64,000 nt of DNA from positions 14,036 through 78,035 of the forward strand of contig JBCCBW010000019.1 of NCBI GenBank assembly GCA_039033835.1. The letters run 5' to 3'. The DNA is from Pseudomonadota bacterium. GTDB taxonomy: Bacteria > Pseudomonadota > Alphaproteobacteria > Sphingomonadales > Sphingomonadaceae. The notes under the pieces are model-generated. The model searched no databases. It was not told the origin of the DNA and saw only the letters and a list, made by a program, of their open reading frames with translations. The translations under genes were made by a program, and so were the position numbers. This document shows, piece after piece, positions 1 to 10,042 of this stretch (position 1 is the stretch's first letter; each line of letters begins with the position of its first letter).

Positions 1-214
1 ATGCATGCTCGATGATAGCCCCTGTGGGTGACCGATCAGCGTGGTAATGTCCCGGAATTGAATACCCGGTTCCGGAAAGTCGGGAACGGTGCGCACCAGC
101 GCTTGCAGCTCGGTGAGAGTGAGAGGCGATGCGCTCATATGGTTCCCAAAGCAGAGCGCCCCACCAACCGCAAGGGACGATGGGGCGCTGTAACTATCAA
201 TGCGACAGGATCGC

Positions 215-1066
215 TTATTTCTTCTTCGGCTTCTTGCCAGCCCAGATTTGCTTGTAGGACATGAAAGCCAGAGCTGTTGCGAACAGCAGGAAGCCGATCA
301 CGAACCAGCCGGTTTGCTTGCGCTGGATCATCGAAGGCTCAGCCGTCCAGGTCAGGAATGCGGCCACGTCTGCCGACATCTGATCGACGGTCGCTTCAGT
401 GCCGTCCGCATAGGTCACCTGGCCATCAACCGAAATCGGCGGCGCCATGGCGAGATTCACGTTCGAGAAGTACGGGTTGAAATAAAGCCCCGCGGGTGTC
501 TCGAATTCCGGCGACTGCGCGAGCAGCTCGGGGTCCGGCTCACCATAGCCCGACAGCAGCGAATAGACGTAATTGGTGCCACCCTTGCGCGCCTTGGTGA
601 TCAGCGAAAGATCGGGCGGGATCGCATTGTTGTTAGCAACAGCGGCTGCGACATCGTTCGGATATGGGTTCGGGAAGGCATCGGTCGGCTCGCCTGCGCG
701 CAGGTTCGCCTCACCGGTCACTGGATCGATGCCGGGCACGAACCATGTCGCGGCCTCGGCGCGTACTTCTTCCTCTGTGTAACCAAGCTGAGCGAGATTG
801 CGGAACGCTACATATTTCAGGCCGTGGCACGAAGAGCATACCTCTTTGTAGACCTGAAAGCCGCGCTGCAGCTGCGCCACATCCCACTTGCCCAAAGGCC
901 CGTCGAACTTGAAACCGCCTTCAGGTGCCTTCGGCTTCTGTTTGAAGACGTAATAGTCGGCGCGCTCGGGCGGAGCGTAATTGATGGCGCCAGGAATAAG
1001 CGACCACAGCACCAGAATGCCTGTGATCACGAGACCGACGATGATGCCCCCAAGGCGGATAGTCAT
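215..1066 (-). CDS. petC: cytochrome c1 (bc1 complex)
   Basis: CSSCH heme motif in [24 protein letters not shown] motif, C-terminal TM anchor; downstream of petB. Confidence 0.97.
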   Translation of the reverse strand: MTIRLGGIIVGLVITGILVLWSLIPGAINYAPPERADYYVFKQKPKAPEGGFKFDGPLGKWDVAQLQRGFQVYKEVCSSCHGLKYVAFRNLAQLGYTEEEVRAEAATWFVPGIDPVTGEANLRAGEPTDAFPNPYPNDVAAAVANNNAIPPDLSLITKARKGGTNYVYSLLSGYGEPDPELLAQSPEFETPAGLYFNPYFSNVNLAMAPPISVDGQVTYADGTEATVDQMSADVAAFLTWTAEPSMIQRKQTGWFVIGFLLFATALAFMSYKQIWAGKKPKKK

Positions 1067-1117
1067 GACCGAAATCTTTCTCGTTATCGGATCAGAAGAA
1101 GTAGCGGATTGCGCCGG

Positions 1118-2491
1118 TTACTCGGCAGGCTGCAATGAACCGTCGGGATCGCTGGGCAGACCCTTGACCGCAGCTTTCGGGTTCTCACCCCCACCATCGG
1201 TTCCGCCCGGCACATCATCCGATCCCAGCACCGCCTCGGTAATCGAGAACGGCAGCGGCTTTGGCACTTCGATCTGACTGACGATCGGCAGGATCACCAG
1301 GAAGTGCAGGAAGTAATACGCCGTCGCGATCTGGCTGAGCAGCACGTAAGGCTCTTCTGCCGGAGCACCGCCGCAATAGGTGAGCAGCGCCATCGCCGGG
1401 ATCAGGCCGAACCAGAAGAACTTCTTGAACAGCGGGCGATAGTGGCCCGAGCGCACCGGGCTCTTGTCGAGCCATGGCAGGAAGAACCAGACCAGGATCG
1501 AACCGAACATCGCGATCACGCCCAGCAGCTTCGCCTGTACCAGAACGATGCCGGTGAACGGGATCGTGAGATCGGCGGTGAATGCACGCAGGATCGCGTA
1601 GAACGGCAGGAAGTACCACTCAGGAACGATCAGCGCCGGGGTCGAGAGCGGGTTGGCTTCGATGTAATTGTCCGGGTGGCCGAGCATGTTCGGCAGGAAG
1701 AACACCATGAAGGCGAACACGATCAGGATCACGCCCAGCCCGAACCCGTCTTTCGACGTGTAATATGGGTGGAATGGAACAGTGTCGCTTTCCTTCTTCA
1801 CCTCCACGCCTGTCGGGTTGGAAGAGCCGGGAATGTGCAGCGCCCAGATGTGCAGGATCACGACACCGGCGATCACGAATGGCAGCAGGAAGTGCAGCGA
1901 AAAGAAGCGGTTGAGCGCGGCATTGTCAGGCGCAAATCCACCAACCAGCCAGATTTGCAGCGGCTCACCCACGAACGGGATCGCACCGAACAGACCGGTA
2001 ATAACCTTGGCACCCCAGAAGCTCATCTGTCCCCATGGCAGCACGTAGCCCATGAACGCGGTCGCCATCATCAACAGGAAGATGACCACGCCGAGCAGCC
2101 AGATCATCTCACGCGGCGGCTTGTAGGACGAATAATACAGGCCGCGGAAGATGTGCAGATAGATCACGATGAAGAAGAAGCTGGCGCCGTTGGCGTGCGC
2201 ATAGCGCATGAGCCAGCCGTAATTGACGTTGCGCATGATATGCTCAACCGTCCCGAAAGCGACATCGGTGTTGGCCGCATAGTGCATCGCCAGGATCACG
2301 CCGGTAACAATCTGCACCACCAGGAAAAATCCGGCAAGCACACCGAAATTCCACATATAGTTGAGATTGCGCGGAACCGGATATCCGGCGCCGACCGCGT
2401 TGTAGACCAGACGCGGAAGCGGAAGCTTCTCATCGATCCATTTGGTGAAACCGGACTGTGGTTCGTACTGCTTTGCCCAGGCGAAACTCAT
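1118..2491 (-). CDS. petB: cytochrome b (bc1 complex)
   Basis: [23 protein letters not shown] and PEWY motifs. Confidence 0.98.
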   Translation of the reverse strand: MSFAWAKQYEPQSGFTKWIDEKLPLPRLVYNAVGAGYPVPRNLNYMWNFGVLAGFFLVVQIVTGVILAMHYAANTDVAFGTVEHIMRNVNYGWLMRYAHANGASFFFIVIYLHIFRGLYYSSYKPPREMIWLLGVVIFLLMMATAFMGYVLPWGQMSFWGAKVITGLFGAIPFVGEPLQIWLVGGFAPDNAALNRFFSLHFLLPFVIAGVVILHIWALHIPGSSNPTGVEVKKESDTVPFHPYYTSKDGFGLGVILIVFAFMVFFLPNMLGHPDNYIEANPLSTPALIVPEWYFLPFYAILRAFTADLTIPFTGIVLVQAKLLGVIAMFGSILVWFFLPWLDKSPVRSGHYRPLFKKFFWFGLIPAMALLTYCGGAPAEEPYVLLSQIATAYYFLHFLVILPIVSQIEVPKPLPFSITEAVLGSDDVPGGTDGGGENPKAAVKGLPSDPDGSLQPAE

Positions 2492-2550
2492 ATCGTTCTC
2501 TCGGATTTCTTCAGCGTGAAAGCAAAATAGCTCAAATCAAATACGTACAA

Positions 2551-3114
2551 TCAACCGACGCGGATGACGGATTCGGAAGCGAATGCGTATTCCGGAACGG
2601 CCAGATTGGTTGGCGCAGGGCCTTTGCGGATGCGGCCTGCAACATCGTAGTGCGAACCATGGCAAGGGCAGAAATAGCCGCCGAACTCACCCTTGTTCTC
2701 ACCTTCGGCGGCACCCAATGGCACACAACCGAGGTGCGTACACACACCCAAAGTAACCAGAATGTCTTCGTTCCCTTCGAGGGTCCGGTCCGCCAGCGTC
2801 TGCGGGTCGCGCATGCTCGCGCCATCATCGGCCTTGGCCTCGGCGATCTCTTCAGGCGTCAGGCGCTTTACGAAAAGCGGCTGCTTACGGAACACCGCCT
2901 TGATGCTTTGCCCCGGCTGGATCGCCGATACGTCAACATCGGTGGTGCTGGCCGCGAGCACGTCTGCCGATGGAGCCATCTGGCTGACCAGCGGGATCAG
3001 GACGGATGCAGCGCCAACGCCGGCCGTGCCGATCGCTGCAATGTGGATCCAGTCGCGACGGTCAACGCCTTCGCCGTTGACAGTGTCTGCTGTGTCAGCT
3101 CCAGTGGAAGCCAT
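2551..3114 (-). CDS. petA: ubiquinol-cytochrome c reductase Rieske Fe-S subunit
   Basis: Tat-like DRRDWI, CTHLGC and CPCHGS boxes; first gene of petABC. Confidence 0.97.
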   Translation of the reverse strand: MASTGADTADTVNGEGVDRRDWIHIAAIGTAGVGAASVLIPLVSQMAPSADVLAASTTDVDVSAIQPGQSIKAVFRKQPLFVKRLTPEEIAEAKADDGASMRDPQTLADRTLEGNEDILVTLGVCTHLGCVPLGAAEGENKGEFGGYFCPCHGSHYDVAGRIRKGPAPTNLAVPEYAFASESVIRVG

Positions 3115-3334
3115 CGTTACGTCACCCTGCTCATCTTGCCGCGCCGGATATAGCGCCTTGCGGCATCATGTTGAAATTACGCCTCGCCCATCCGATGGAA
3201 GCAGCCCGCCTGGCCAGCAAGGCCGAATTCGAATTAAGGCTCGGTCGCGCCATTAAACACAAAAACTCTCAAGTCCAACCGTCTTTTGAGCATCGCTTGT
3301 TCGCTTTGCCGCAAGCCTGATCCGAGCGGCTCAA

Positions 3335-4096
3335 TCAGTTGACTGCGATCATACTGATTTGACGCCCGTAATTCGGCTCGCCGCGCTGCGCAGCTCTTCT
3401 GTAGGAATAGTAACGCTCGGAATGAGAGAATGTATCCCGGTCGAGCGATTCAATTTTTCCAAGACCCGAAACACGCAATTTTTCAGCGATGTAGGCGGAC
3501 AGGTCAAAATGCCAGCGAGCGGTTCCATCGCGTTCCGGGGCGGTTTTGAAAAAAATCGCATCCTCCGCAGCGAATTGGTTGCGGAACGGCGCGTCGACTT
3601 CGTAGCTGGCCTGCGCGATGGTCGGGCCGATGGCTGCAACGATGTTTACCCGTGCCGCGCCAAGCGCCTCCATCGCGGCTATCGTGTTTTCCAACACGCC
3701 GCCATGCGCGCCGCGCCAGCCCGCATGCGCAGCGCCGACAACACCTGCCCCTGTGTCGGCGAACAGTACAGGGGCGCAGTCCGCTGTGACGATCCCGAGC
3801 ACAATGCCGGGTTGGTTCGTTACCACAGCATCGGCAACCGGGCGGCCCTTGGCAACATCGTACCACGCCTGCGTGACGGTCACGACATCGGGCGAATGGA
3901 CCTGATGCGGGGTAACGCATGACGCACCCGCCATGATCGCGTCAGCGGCAGCGGCGCGGGCCGCACGAACCGTATCGTGATCGCCGGGACCGCCATAGCC
4001 GAACTGATGCCGCCCACCGTCATGCCCGAAAAAGCCATGCGGAACCCTGCTCAGAACGCCCGCAGTCTCGATATCAAAAGCGTCACTGTCAGCCAT
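3335..4096 (-). CDS. pgeF: peptidoglycan editing factor PgeF / YfiH laccase-domain protein
   Basis: HQVHS, TADCAP, HAGWRG, YSYRR motifs; start moved to ATG at 4096 (MADSDAF), overlapping the pepN stop. Confidence 0.9.
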   Translation of the reverse strand: MADSDAFDIETAGVLSRVPHGFFGHDGGRHQFGYGGPGDHDTVRAARAAAADAIMAGASCVTPHQVHSPDVVTVTQAWYDVAKGRPVADAVVTNQPGIVLGIVTADCAPVLFADTGAGVVGAAHAGWRGAHGGVLENTIAAMEALGAARVNIVAAIGPTIAQASYEVDAPFRNQFAAEDAIFFKTAPERDGTARWHFDLSAYIAEKLRVSGLGKIESLDRDTFSHSERYYSYRRAAQRGEPNYGRQISMIAVN

Positions 4097-6755
4097 CGAG
4101 ACTGCGCGACACCTGCTCAAACGTATCGCGGGAAAGACCTTCTGACTTCGCAATCCGTTCCAGCTCCGCCTTCATCAGGCCAGCGCGCACCGACTCGATC
4201 CGCCGCCATTTGCCCAGCGGCGAAACGAACCGCGCCGCCGTTTGCGGATTGATCGGATCAAGCGCGAGGATAACGTCGGCTATCATGCGATAGCCCGACC
4301 CGTCCTTCGCGTGGAAGCCCTTCGGATTGCCCGCAAACGCCATGTAGAGCGAGCGGACGCGGTTGGGGTTCGACATGGTGAAATCGGGATGCTCGGCCAG
4401 CGCCTTCACCTGATCGATCACGTCCGGATGCAGCGAGAGTGCCTGCAACGTGAACCACTTGTCGATCACCAGCGCGTTGCCCTGAAACCTGTCATAGAAC
4501 GCCTTGAGCCGTTCTTCGCGGGCCGGGGTTTCGAGGCCGCAGAGCACCATCAGCGCTCCCTGACGATCGGTCATATTGTCGGCCTGGTCGAATTGACGCG
4601 CCGCCATGATCGCTGCTCTTTCAGGGTCACTCGCAGCGAACAGAACGGCGATTTGCGTCTTCACCTTGCGCGCTCCGCGACCGGCGGGATCGGCAAACGG
4701 TATATCGGCGACGCGCGCGTAAACGCCTTCCAGTTCTTGCTTGCACGTCACACCCAAGGCTGCTTTCAATTGCTCGCGCTCGCGATGGATCGCGCCGGGA
4801 TCGGCCTTGCGGTCACCAGTTGCCATGGCCTCGAACAGATACGTCTCGCTCGGCAGCATCATCAGCTCGCCGCGCATATCGTCGTCCAGCGCATCATCGG
4901 TCAGGATCGCGCGCATGGCGTTGCCGATCAACCGCTTGCCCATTGCCCGACCTGCCTCGTCCAGTTCGCCCGAAGCCGCCGCGACCAGATGGCCAAGGGC
5001 AAGCTCCTGCATCGCTTCATATCGAGCGAAGGGGTCATTATCCTTGGCCGCAAGGAAGACCAGGTCCTCTTTCGACAAGTTGCGCTCGATGATAACCGGC
5101 GCGGTAAAGCCTCGATTGATGGAGATAATGGGCGCAGGTCCGGCAAGCGGCAGGTCGAAGGTTTCTTTGTCCTGCTTGAGCACAATGAGCTGTTCCTCAC
5201 CGAGGCTACCCGTTTCGCCACAATGGACCGCGACCCGCAGCGGGATCGGCATCGGACCCTTCTTGGCCTGTCCAGGCGTATCGGGCACCGTCTGGCTGAG
5301 CGTCAGCGAGAAACCGCGCGCCGTGACCTCTTGGCTGACCCGAACGCGCGGCGTTCCGGCCTGTCTGTACCAACGGCGGAATTGAGTCAGTTCCAGCTCG
5401 GCCCCGTCCTCGATCGCGGTGATGAAGTCCTCGCACGTCGCCGCTTCGCCATCGTGACGATCGAAATACAGGTCGGTGCCTTTGCGGAAGTCATCGACGC
5501 CTGCCATCGTGCGCATCATGCGAATGACTTCGGCACCCTTATTGTAGACCGTGGCAGTGTAGAAATTGCTGATCTCGCGATAACTGTCCGGCCGGATCGG
5601 GTGCGCCAGCGGCCCAGCATCCTCCGGGAATTGTGCCGCGCGCAGGATCCGCACATCCTCGATCCGCTTGACCGCTTCGCCGCGCATATCCTGCGAAAAC
5701 AGCTGGTCGCGCAGCACGGTAAATCCCTCTTTGAGGCTCAGCTGAAACCAGTCGCGGCAGGTGATGCGATTGCCCGACCAGTTGTGAAAATATTCATGCG
5801 CGATCACGCCCTCGACCGCGTCGAAATCGCCATCGGTCGCGGTGTCGGGGTCGGCCAGGACGTATTTCGTATTGAAGACGTTGAGGCCTTTGTTCTCCAT
5901 CGCGCCCATATTGAAATCGCTGACGGCGACGATGTTGTACAGGTCGAGATCGTATTCGCGCCCGAACGTCTCTTCGTCCCATTTCATCGAGCGGTGCAGC
6001 GATTCGAGCGCGTGATCGGTGCGCGCCAAGTCCTCGGCGCGGACCCAAATGTTGCACTCAACCTCGCGGCCCGACATCGTTTTGAATGGGGCGGAATTGG
6101 CGACGAGATCGCCTGCGACCAGCGCGAACAGATAGCTCGGCTTGGGCCACGGGTCGTGCCACTCGGCCCAATGCGCGCCGTTGTCGCTTTCACCTTCAGC
6201 GGTCTTATTGCCGTTGCACAGCAGGATCGGAAATTGCTCTTTCGCCCCTTCCATCCGCACGCTGTAGGTCGACAGCACATCCGGACGATCGGGAAAGAAG
6301 GTAATGCGGCGGAAACCCTCCGCCTCACATTGGGTGCAGAGCATCCCGTTCGAAGCGTACAGCCCCATCAGCGTCGTGTTAGTGCTCGGGCTAAGTTCGG
6401 TCGCGATTTCGATCTCTTGGCGGTCGGCGGTCAGCGGCAGGATCAGGTCGTCGCCATCCATCGACCAGTCGTTAACCGGCTCACCGTCGACCTTGACCGA
6501 GAGCAATTCCAGACTGTCACCATTCAGGCGGATAGTATCGGCGGGGTCAGCTTTGGCATTGCGCACCACGGTCAGCCTGGAGACGACGCGGGTGGCGTCC
6601 ACGCCAAGATCGAAGTCCAGCTTCGTTTCCGGAACCAGCCACGGATAGGGTTTGTAATCCTCGCGCCGGATCACCGGCGGTTCATGCGGTGTGGGGGCGG
6701 CATCCGCAAGTTCGGGGTTGCCATCGGGGTTTGTCGGGGAGGTCGCGATATCCAT
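4089..6755 (-). CDS. pepN: aminopeptidase N (M1 family)
   Basis: GAMEN and HEYFH...E zinc motif, 888 aa, C-terminal NPNRVRSL region. Confidence 0.97.
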   Translation of the reverse strand: MDIATSPTNPDGNPELADAAPTPHEPPVIRREDYKPYPWLVPETKLDFDLGVDATRVVSRLTVVRNAKADPADTIRLNGDSLELLSVKVDGEPVNDWSMDGDDLILPLTADRQEIEIATELSPSTNTTLMGLYASNGMLCTQCEAEGFRRITFFPDRPDVLSTYSVRMEGAKEQFPILLCNGNKTAEGESDNGAHWAEWHDPWPKPSYLFALVAGDLVANSAPFKTMSGREVECNIWVRAEDLARTDHALESLHRSMKWDEETFGREYDLDLYNIVAVSDFNMGAMENKGLNVFNTKYVLADPDTATDGDFDAVEGVIAHEYFHNWSGNRITCRDWFQLSLKEGFTVLRDQLFSQDMRGEAVKRIEDVRILRAAQFPEDAGPLAHPIRPDSYREISNFYTATVYNKGAEVIRMMRTMAGVDDFRKGTDLYFDRHDGEAATCEDFITAIEDGAELELTQFRRWYRQAGTPRVRVSQEVTARGFSLTLSQTVPDTPGQAKKGPMPIPLRVAVHCGETGSLGEEQLIVLKQDKETFDLPLAGPAPIISINRGFTAPVIIERNLSKEDLVFLAAKDNDPFARYEAMQELALGHLVAAASGELDEAGRAMGKRLIGNAMRAILTDDALDDDMRGELMMLPSETYLFEAMATGDRKADPGAIHREREQLKAALGVTCKQELEGVYARVADIPFADPAGRGARKVKTQIAVLFAASDPERAAIMAARQFDQADNMTDRQGALMVLCGLETPAREERLKAFYDRFQGNALVIDKWFTLQALSLHPDVIDQVKALAEHPDFTMSNPNRVRSLYMAFAGNPKGFHAKDGSGYRMIADVILALDPINPQTAARFVSPLGKWRRIESVRAGLMKAELERIAKSEGLSRDTFEQVSRSLDG

Positions 6756-6808
6756 ACGAGACCGATTTAGATTGATTTGGCCCCGCGTCCAGCGGCAGTA
6801 AGTCTCAC

Positions 6809-7591
6809 ATGGCGCGATTGTTCATTTTTGGCCTCGGCTACACGGCGAAACGGATTGCGGACGCGGTCAGAAGCCGCGGCTGGGAAGTGGACGCCACCGG
6901 CAGCGCGGGCGACATCGATTTCGGCGACTCGGATGCCGTTCGGGAGGCACTGAGCGGATGCGTGCATGTGCTTTCATCCGTCCCACCGGATCGCAAAAGC
7001 GGCGGCGATGCCGTCCTCGACACATACGCCGAAGATATCGCGGGCAAGCGGCTCGCCTATCTGTCGTCCACCGGGGTCTATGGCGATCAGCAGGGCGCAT
7101 GGGTCGATGAAAGTTCACCCACCGGCGGCGGGCGGCGCGATGCGCGCTCCGATGCCGATGCGCGCTGGATGGAGATGGACGCGCGGGTGTTCCGCCTGCC
7201 TGGGATTTACGGTCCGGGCCGCAGCGCGCTCGACCGGGTGCGCGAGAGCAAGGCGCGGCGGATCGACTTGCCGGGGCAGGTGTTCAGCCGCGTGCATGTT
7301 GACGACATAGTCAGCGGCGTGGTCGCGGCTCTGACGCAGGACGCTCCGCCGGGCGCGTATAATCTCGGCGACGATTTACCCGCGAGCGGCAATGCGGTGA
7401 CCGAGCAGGCGTGCCGGTTGCTCGGCATCGAACCGCCGCCGTTGCAGACGCTGGAAGAAGCGAACCTGTCCGAGATGGCGCTGGGCTTCTATTCTGAGAA
7501 CCGCCGCGTCGCGAATGGCAAAGCCAAGCGCGTGCTGGGGTGGCGGCCGCGATACCCGACCTATGTCGAAGGTCTAACTGCGCTGCTTTGA
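6809..7591 (+). CDS. atypical SDR / NAD-dependent epimerase-dehydratase (YeeZ-like)
   Basis: IFGLGY nucleotide-binding start, YLSSTGVYGD, RLPGIYGPGR, FSRVHVDDI. Confidence 0.85.
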   Translation: MARLFIFGLGYTAKRIADAVRSRGWEVDATGSAGDIDFGDSDAVREALSGCVHVLSSVPPDRKSGGDAVLDTYAEDIAGKRLAYLSSTGVYGDQQGAWVDESSPTGGGRRDARSDADARWMEMDARVFRLPGIYGPGRSALDRVRESKARRIDLPGQVFSRVHVDDIVSGVVAALTQDAPPGAYNLGDDLPASGNAVTEQACRLLGIEPPPLQTLEEANLSEMALGFYSENRRVANGKAKRVLGWRPRYPTYVEGLTALL

Positions 7592-8494
7592 GCGCAGCGC
7601 CAGCACCATCCCGACCACCGCCAAAACCATCCCGCCTGCGGTCAGCCACGTCCAGCGGTAATCCTCGAACAGCGTCGAGATGAGCATCGCGACCGAGATC
7701 GTCAGGATCGAGTTGTAGGCGGTGCGACCTGCTCCGATCTCGCGCACGAGATTATAGTGCAGCGGGAACGTCACCACCGATCCGATCAGTGCCAAATAGA
7801 CGATCCCCACCCAATAGCCGGTGTTCGTCGGCAGCGGCGGCGGTCCGGCGGTCAGCGCCGCGAAGCCGAGATCGAAGATCGTGCCATACAACATCGCCCA
7901 TGCCAGCAGGCTGACCATCGGAACCGCCCGCCCGGTCGGGTTAGCTTGAACGACGTTGGCGATCGACGCTGCCAGAATGCCGAGCATCGCCAGCGCAATC
8001 CCCAGCGCAACATTGCCTCCAATCACGCCGGCATCGGGATTGGCGCGCCATTCGTGCACCAGCAGAAAAGAGACGCCGATGATCGCTATAACACTACCTA
8101 GCCAGAACCTGCCATGGCCGCGTTCGCCCAGAAAGACCCTAGCGAACAGAGCATTGGGCACCATCAACAGGCCGAACATCATCGCGACAATGCCCGAGGT
8201 CACGTAAAGTTCGGCGTGGTAGACGAACAGGAAATTGCCGCTGAACTGAAAGATACCGACGAATGCGGCAAGCATATGCTCCGACCGGGTCAGCCGCAGC
8301 CGCCGCTTCATCAGAAACGCCACCAGGAAAAGCGCCGGAGTCGCCAGCGCAAAGCGATAGAACACCGACCATGCGGCGGGCACGCCGTCGATCTGTCCGG
8401 TGATGACGAACCAGGTCGACCCCCAGATCGAGCCAGTGAGGATGAACGGCACAATCACGCGCCAGTTCAGCATCGGAGCCTGAGACGCGCTCAC
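7574..8494 (-). CDS. EamA/DMT family transporter
   Basis: about 10 hydrophobic helices, IWGSTW motif; GTG start at 8494 overlaps the upstream stop (GTGA). Confidence 0.88.
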   Translation of the reverse strand: MSASQAPMLNWRVIVPFILTGSIWGSTWFVITGQIDGVPAAWSVFYRFALATPALFLVAFLMKRRLRLTRSEHMLAAFVGIFQFSGNFLFVYHAELYVTSGIVAMMFGLLMVPNALFARVFLGERGHGRFWLGSVIAIIGVSFLLVHEWRANPDAGVIGGNVALGIALAMLGILAASIANVVQANPTGRAVPMVSLLAWAMLYGTIFDLGFAALTAGPPPLPTNTGYWVGIVYLALIGSVVTFPLHYNLVREIGAGRTAYNSILTISVAMLISTLFEDYRWTWLTAGGMVLAVVGMVLALRSKQRS

Positions 8495-9498
8495 AGCGAA
8501 GCGATGGCCTTGCCCAAGGCACTCGCATCGTCGGCGCGCGTATCCCATGCGGTTACGAAACGCGCGGCGTCGGTTCCCCAATCGTAGAAGGCAAAGTCCT
8601 GCGCCCGCAGAGCCTCGCGCTCCACGGGCGAGAGCCGCACGAACAGCTCGTTGGCTTCGACCGGATGCATCAGCCGGTCGCCGCAGCCGGTCGCAATCTC
8701 CTGCGCAGCGGCGTTGGCATGGCGCGCATTGTCGAGCCACAGGTCGCCTTCCAGCATCGCCAGCACCTGCGCTGCGAGGTAGCGCCCCTTGCATTGCAGG
8801 TGCCCAGCGCGCTTGCGGCGGTATCTGACCATGTCGGCCTGTTCGGGATCGAACAGCACCACCGCCTCCGCGCTCATCCCGCCATTCTTGATACAGCCAA
8901 ACGCAAGGCTATCGACTGCACCGGCGGCATCCTTTGCCGACCCGCCGAGAAACGCCGCCGCATTCGCGAACCGAGCGCCGTCCATATGCAGGCCAAGCCC
9001 TCGCGCCGAAGCGAAGCGCTTTAGCTCCGAAAGCTCTTCCGGCGAATAGGTTCGACCATATTCGCTCGCCTGCGTTATCGCGATGGCATGGGGTTGCACC
9101 TGATGCACGTCGTCTCGGATCGGGTCGATCACCGCAGCGATATCGGCAGGCGTCAGCTTTGCGCCCTCGCCCTGCGCATGGATCAGTTTCGCCCCATGAA
9201 GGTAGAAGCCGGGCGCACCGCCTTCATCGACTTCGATATGCGCCTCTTCGTGGCACACGACCCCACCATGCGGCTGCACCATGGTTGCCAGCGCAAGACA
9301 ATTGGCCGCTGTGCCCGTGGCGATCCACAGCCCGGCGCATTCGCGGCCGAACAGATCGGTGAAGCGTGCATCGAGCTCTGCCGAAAGCGCATCGCCATCA
9401 TAGGGACTGTCCGTATTGTCGGCGGCGTGCATCGCCTCCCATACCTTGGGATGGACCGGCGCTGCATTGTCGGACAGGAAGGATTTCGGCATGACCAT
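8491..9498 (-). CDS. low-specificity L-threonine aldolase family (PLP)
   Basis: FLSDN, GTAANCLAL, HMDGARFANA, GCIKNGG (PLP Lys). Confidence 0.88.
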   Translation of the reverse strand: MVMPKSFLSDNAAPVHPKVWEAMHAADNTDSPYDGDALSAELDARFTDLFGRECAGLWIATGTAANCLALATMVQPHGGVVCHEEAHIEVDEGGAPGFYLHGAKLIHAQGEGAKLTPADIAAVIDPIRDDVHQVQPHAIAITQASEYGRTYSPEELSELKRFASARGLGLHMDGARFANAAAFLGGSAKDAAGAVDSLAFGCIKNGGMSAEAVVLFDPEQADMVRYRRKRAGHLQCKGRYLAAQVLAMLEGDLWLDNARHANAAAQEIATGCGDRLMHPVEANELFVRLSPVEREALRAQDFAFYDWGTDAARFVTAWDTRADDASALGKAIASL

Positions 9499-9551
9499 CG
9501 CAGAACGCCTCTAGCGGCCCGGACGTTTCTGGCAAGAAGGAGACAGGACGA

Positions 9552-9866
9552 ATGAACGAGCAAGCGCGGGTCACGATCACCCATCATGTGCAAGGGCAGG
9601 GCGGCGAATATGTAGCTCGGCTGGAGGGCGAAAGGCACAAGGGGCACCTCGAATGGGAGCCGGGTGAGGGCGAGCATGGCGAAGAAGTGCGCGTCGCGAC
9701 GCATACGATCGTCCCCGAAGCGATCGGCGGGCGGGGCGTTGCCGCGCAGCTGGTCGAAAGGCTGGTGGCTGATGCACGGCGGCTCGGCTTCAGGATCGTC
9801 CCGCAATGCTCCTATGTCGCGGCGAAGTTCGACCAGAACCCCGATTGGGCAGACCTCCGGGCCTAG
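9552..9866 (+). CDS. small GNAT family N-acetyltransferase (YjdJ-like)
   Basis: HTIVPEAIGGRGVA...IVPQCSYV pattern, 104 aa. Confidence 0.85.
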   Translation: MNEQARVTITHHVQGQGGEYVARLEGERHKGHLEWEPGEGEHGEEVRVATHTIVPEAIGGRGVAAQLVERLVADARRLGFRIVPQCSYVAAKFDQNPDWADLRA

Positions 9867-10042
9867 GCGGCGTGGAAAAATTCCGTGTGGTCTCGACTTG
9901 TCCCGAAGGGATTAGGCCAAAATCCGCCCTCACGGCGTTGCGAACGCTTGAAAGTGCGCTGCACTTCCTGCGCGTCCGCGCCTTGTGAGTTGCGGATTTT
10001 GGCTCCAACCGTGATCCACACGGAATTTGTCCACGCCGCCTA
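9864..10042. mobile_element. 179-bp MITE-like nested palindromic element
   Basis: 27-bp terminal inverted repeats TAGGCGGCGTGGA(A/C)AAATTCCGTGTGG with 1 mismatch; inner IR GCCAAAATCCGC/GCGGATTTTGGC; central AAGTGC-GCT-GCACTT hairpin; no coding capacity. Confidence 0.75.

Noticed and set aside
215-3114. petABC as the electron source for the orphan oxygenases
   Set aside because: The bc1 complex is a high-potential respiratory complex in ordinary housekeeping context; its proximity is not evidence of a link.
1304-6770. Long antisense ORFs (e.g. 1304..2530 +, 4242..6770 +) and many similar ones across the window
   Set aside because: They are shadow frames of real high-GC genes, with Arg/His-rich composition and no recognisable motifs.
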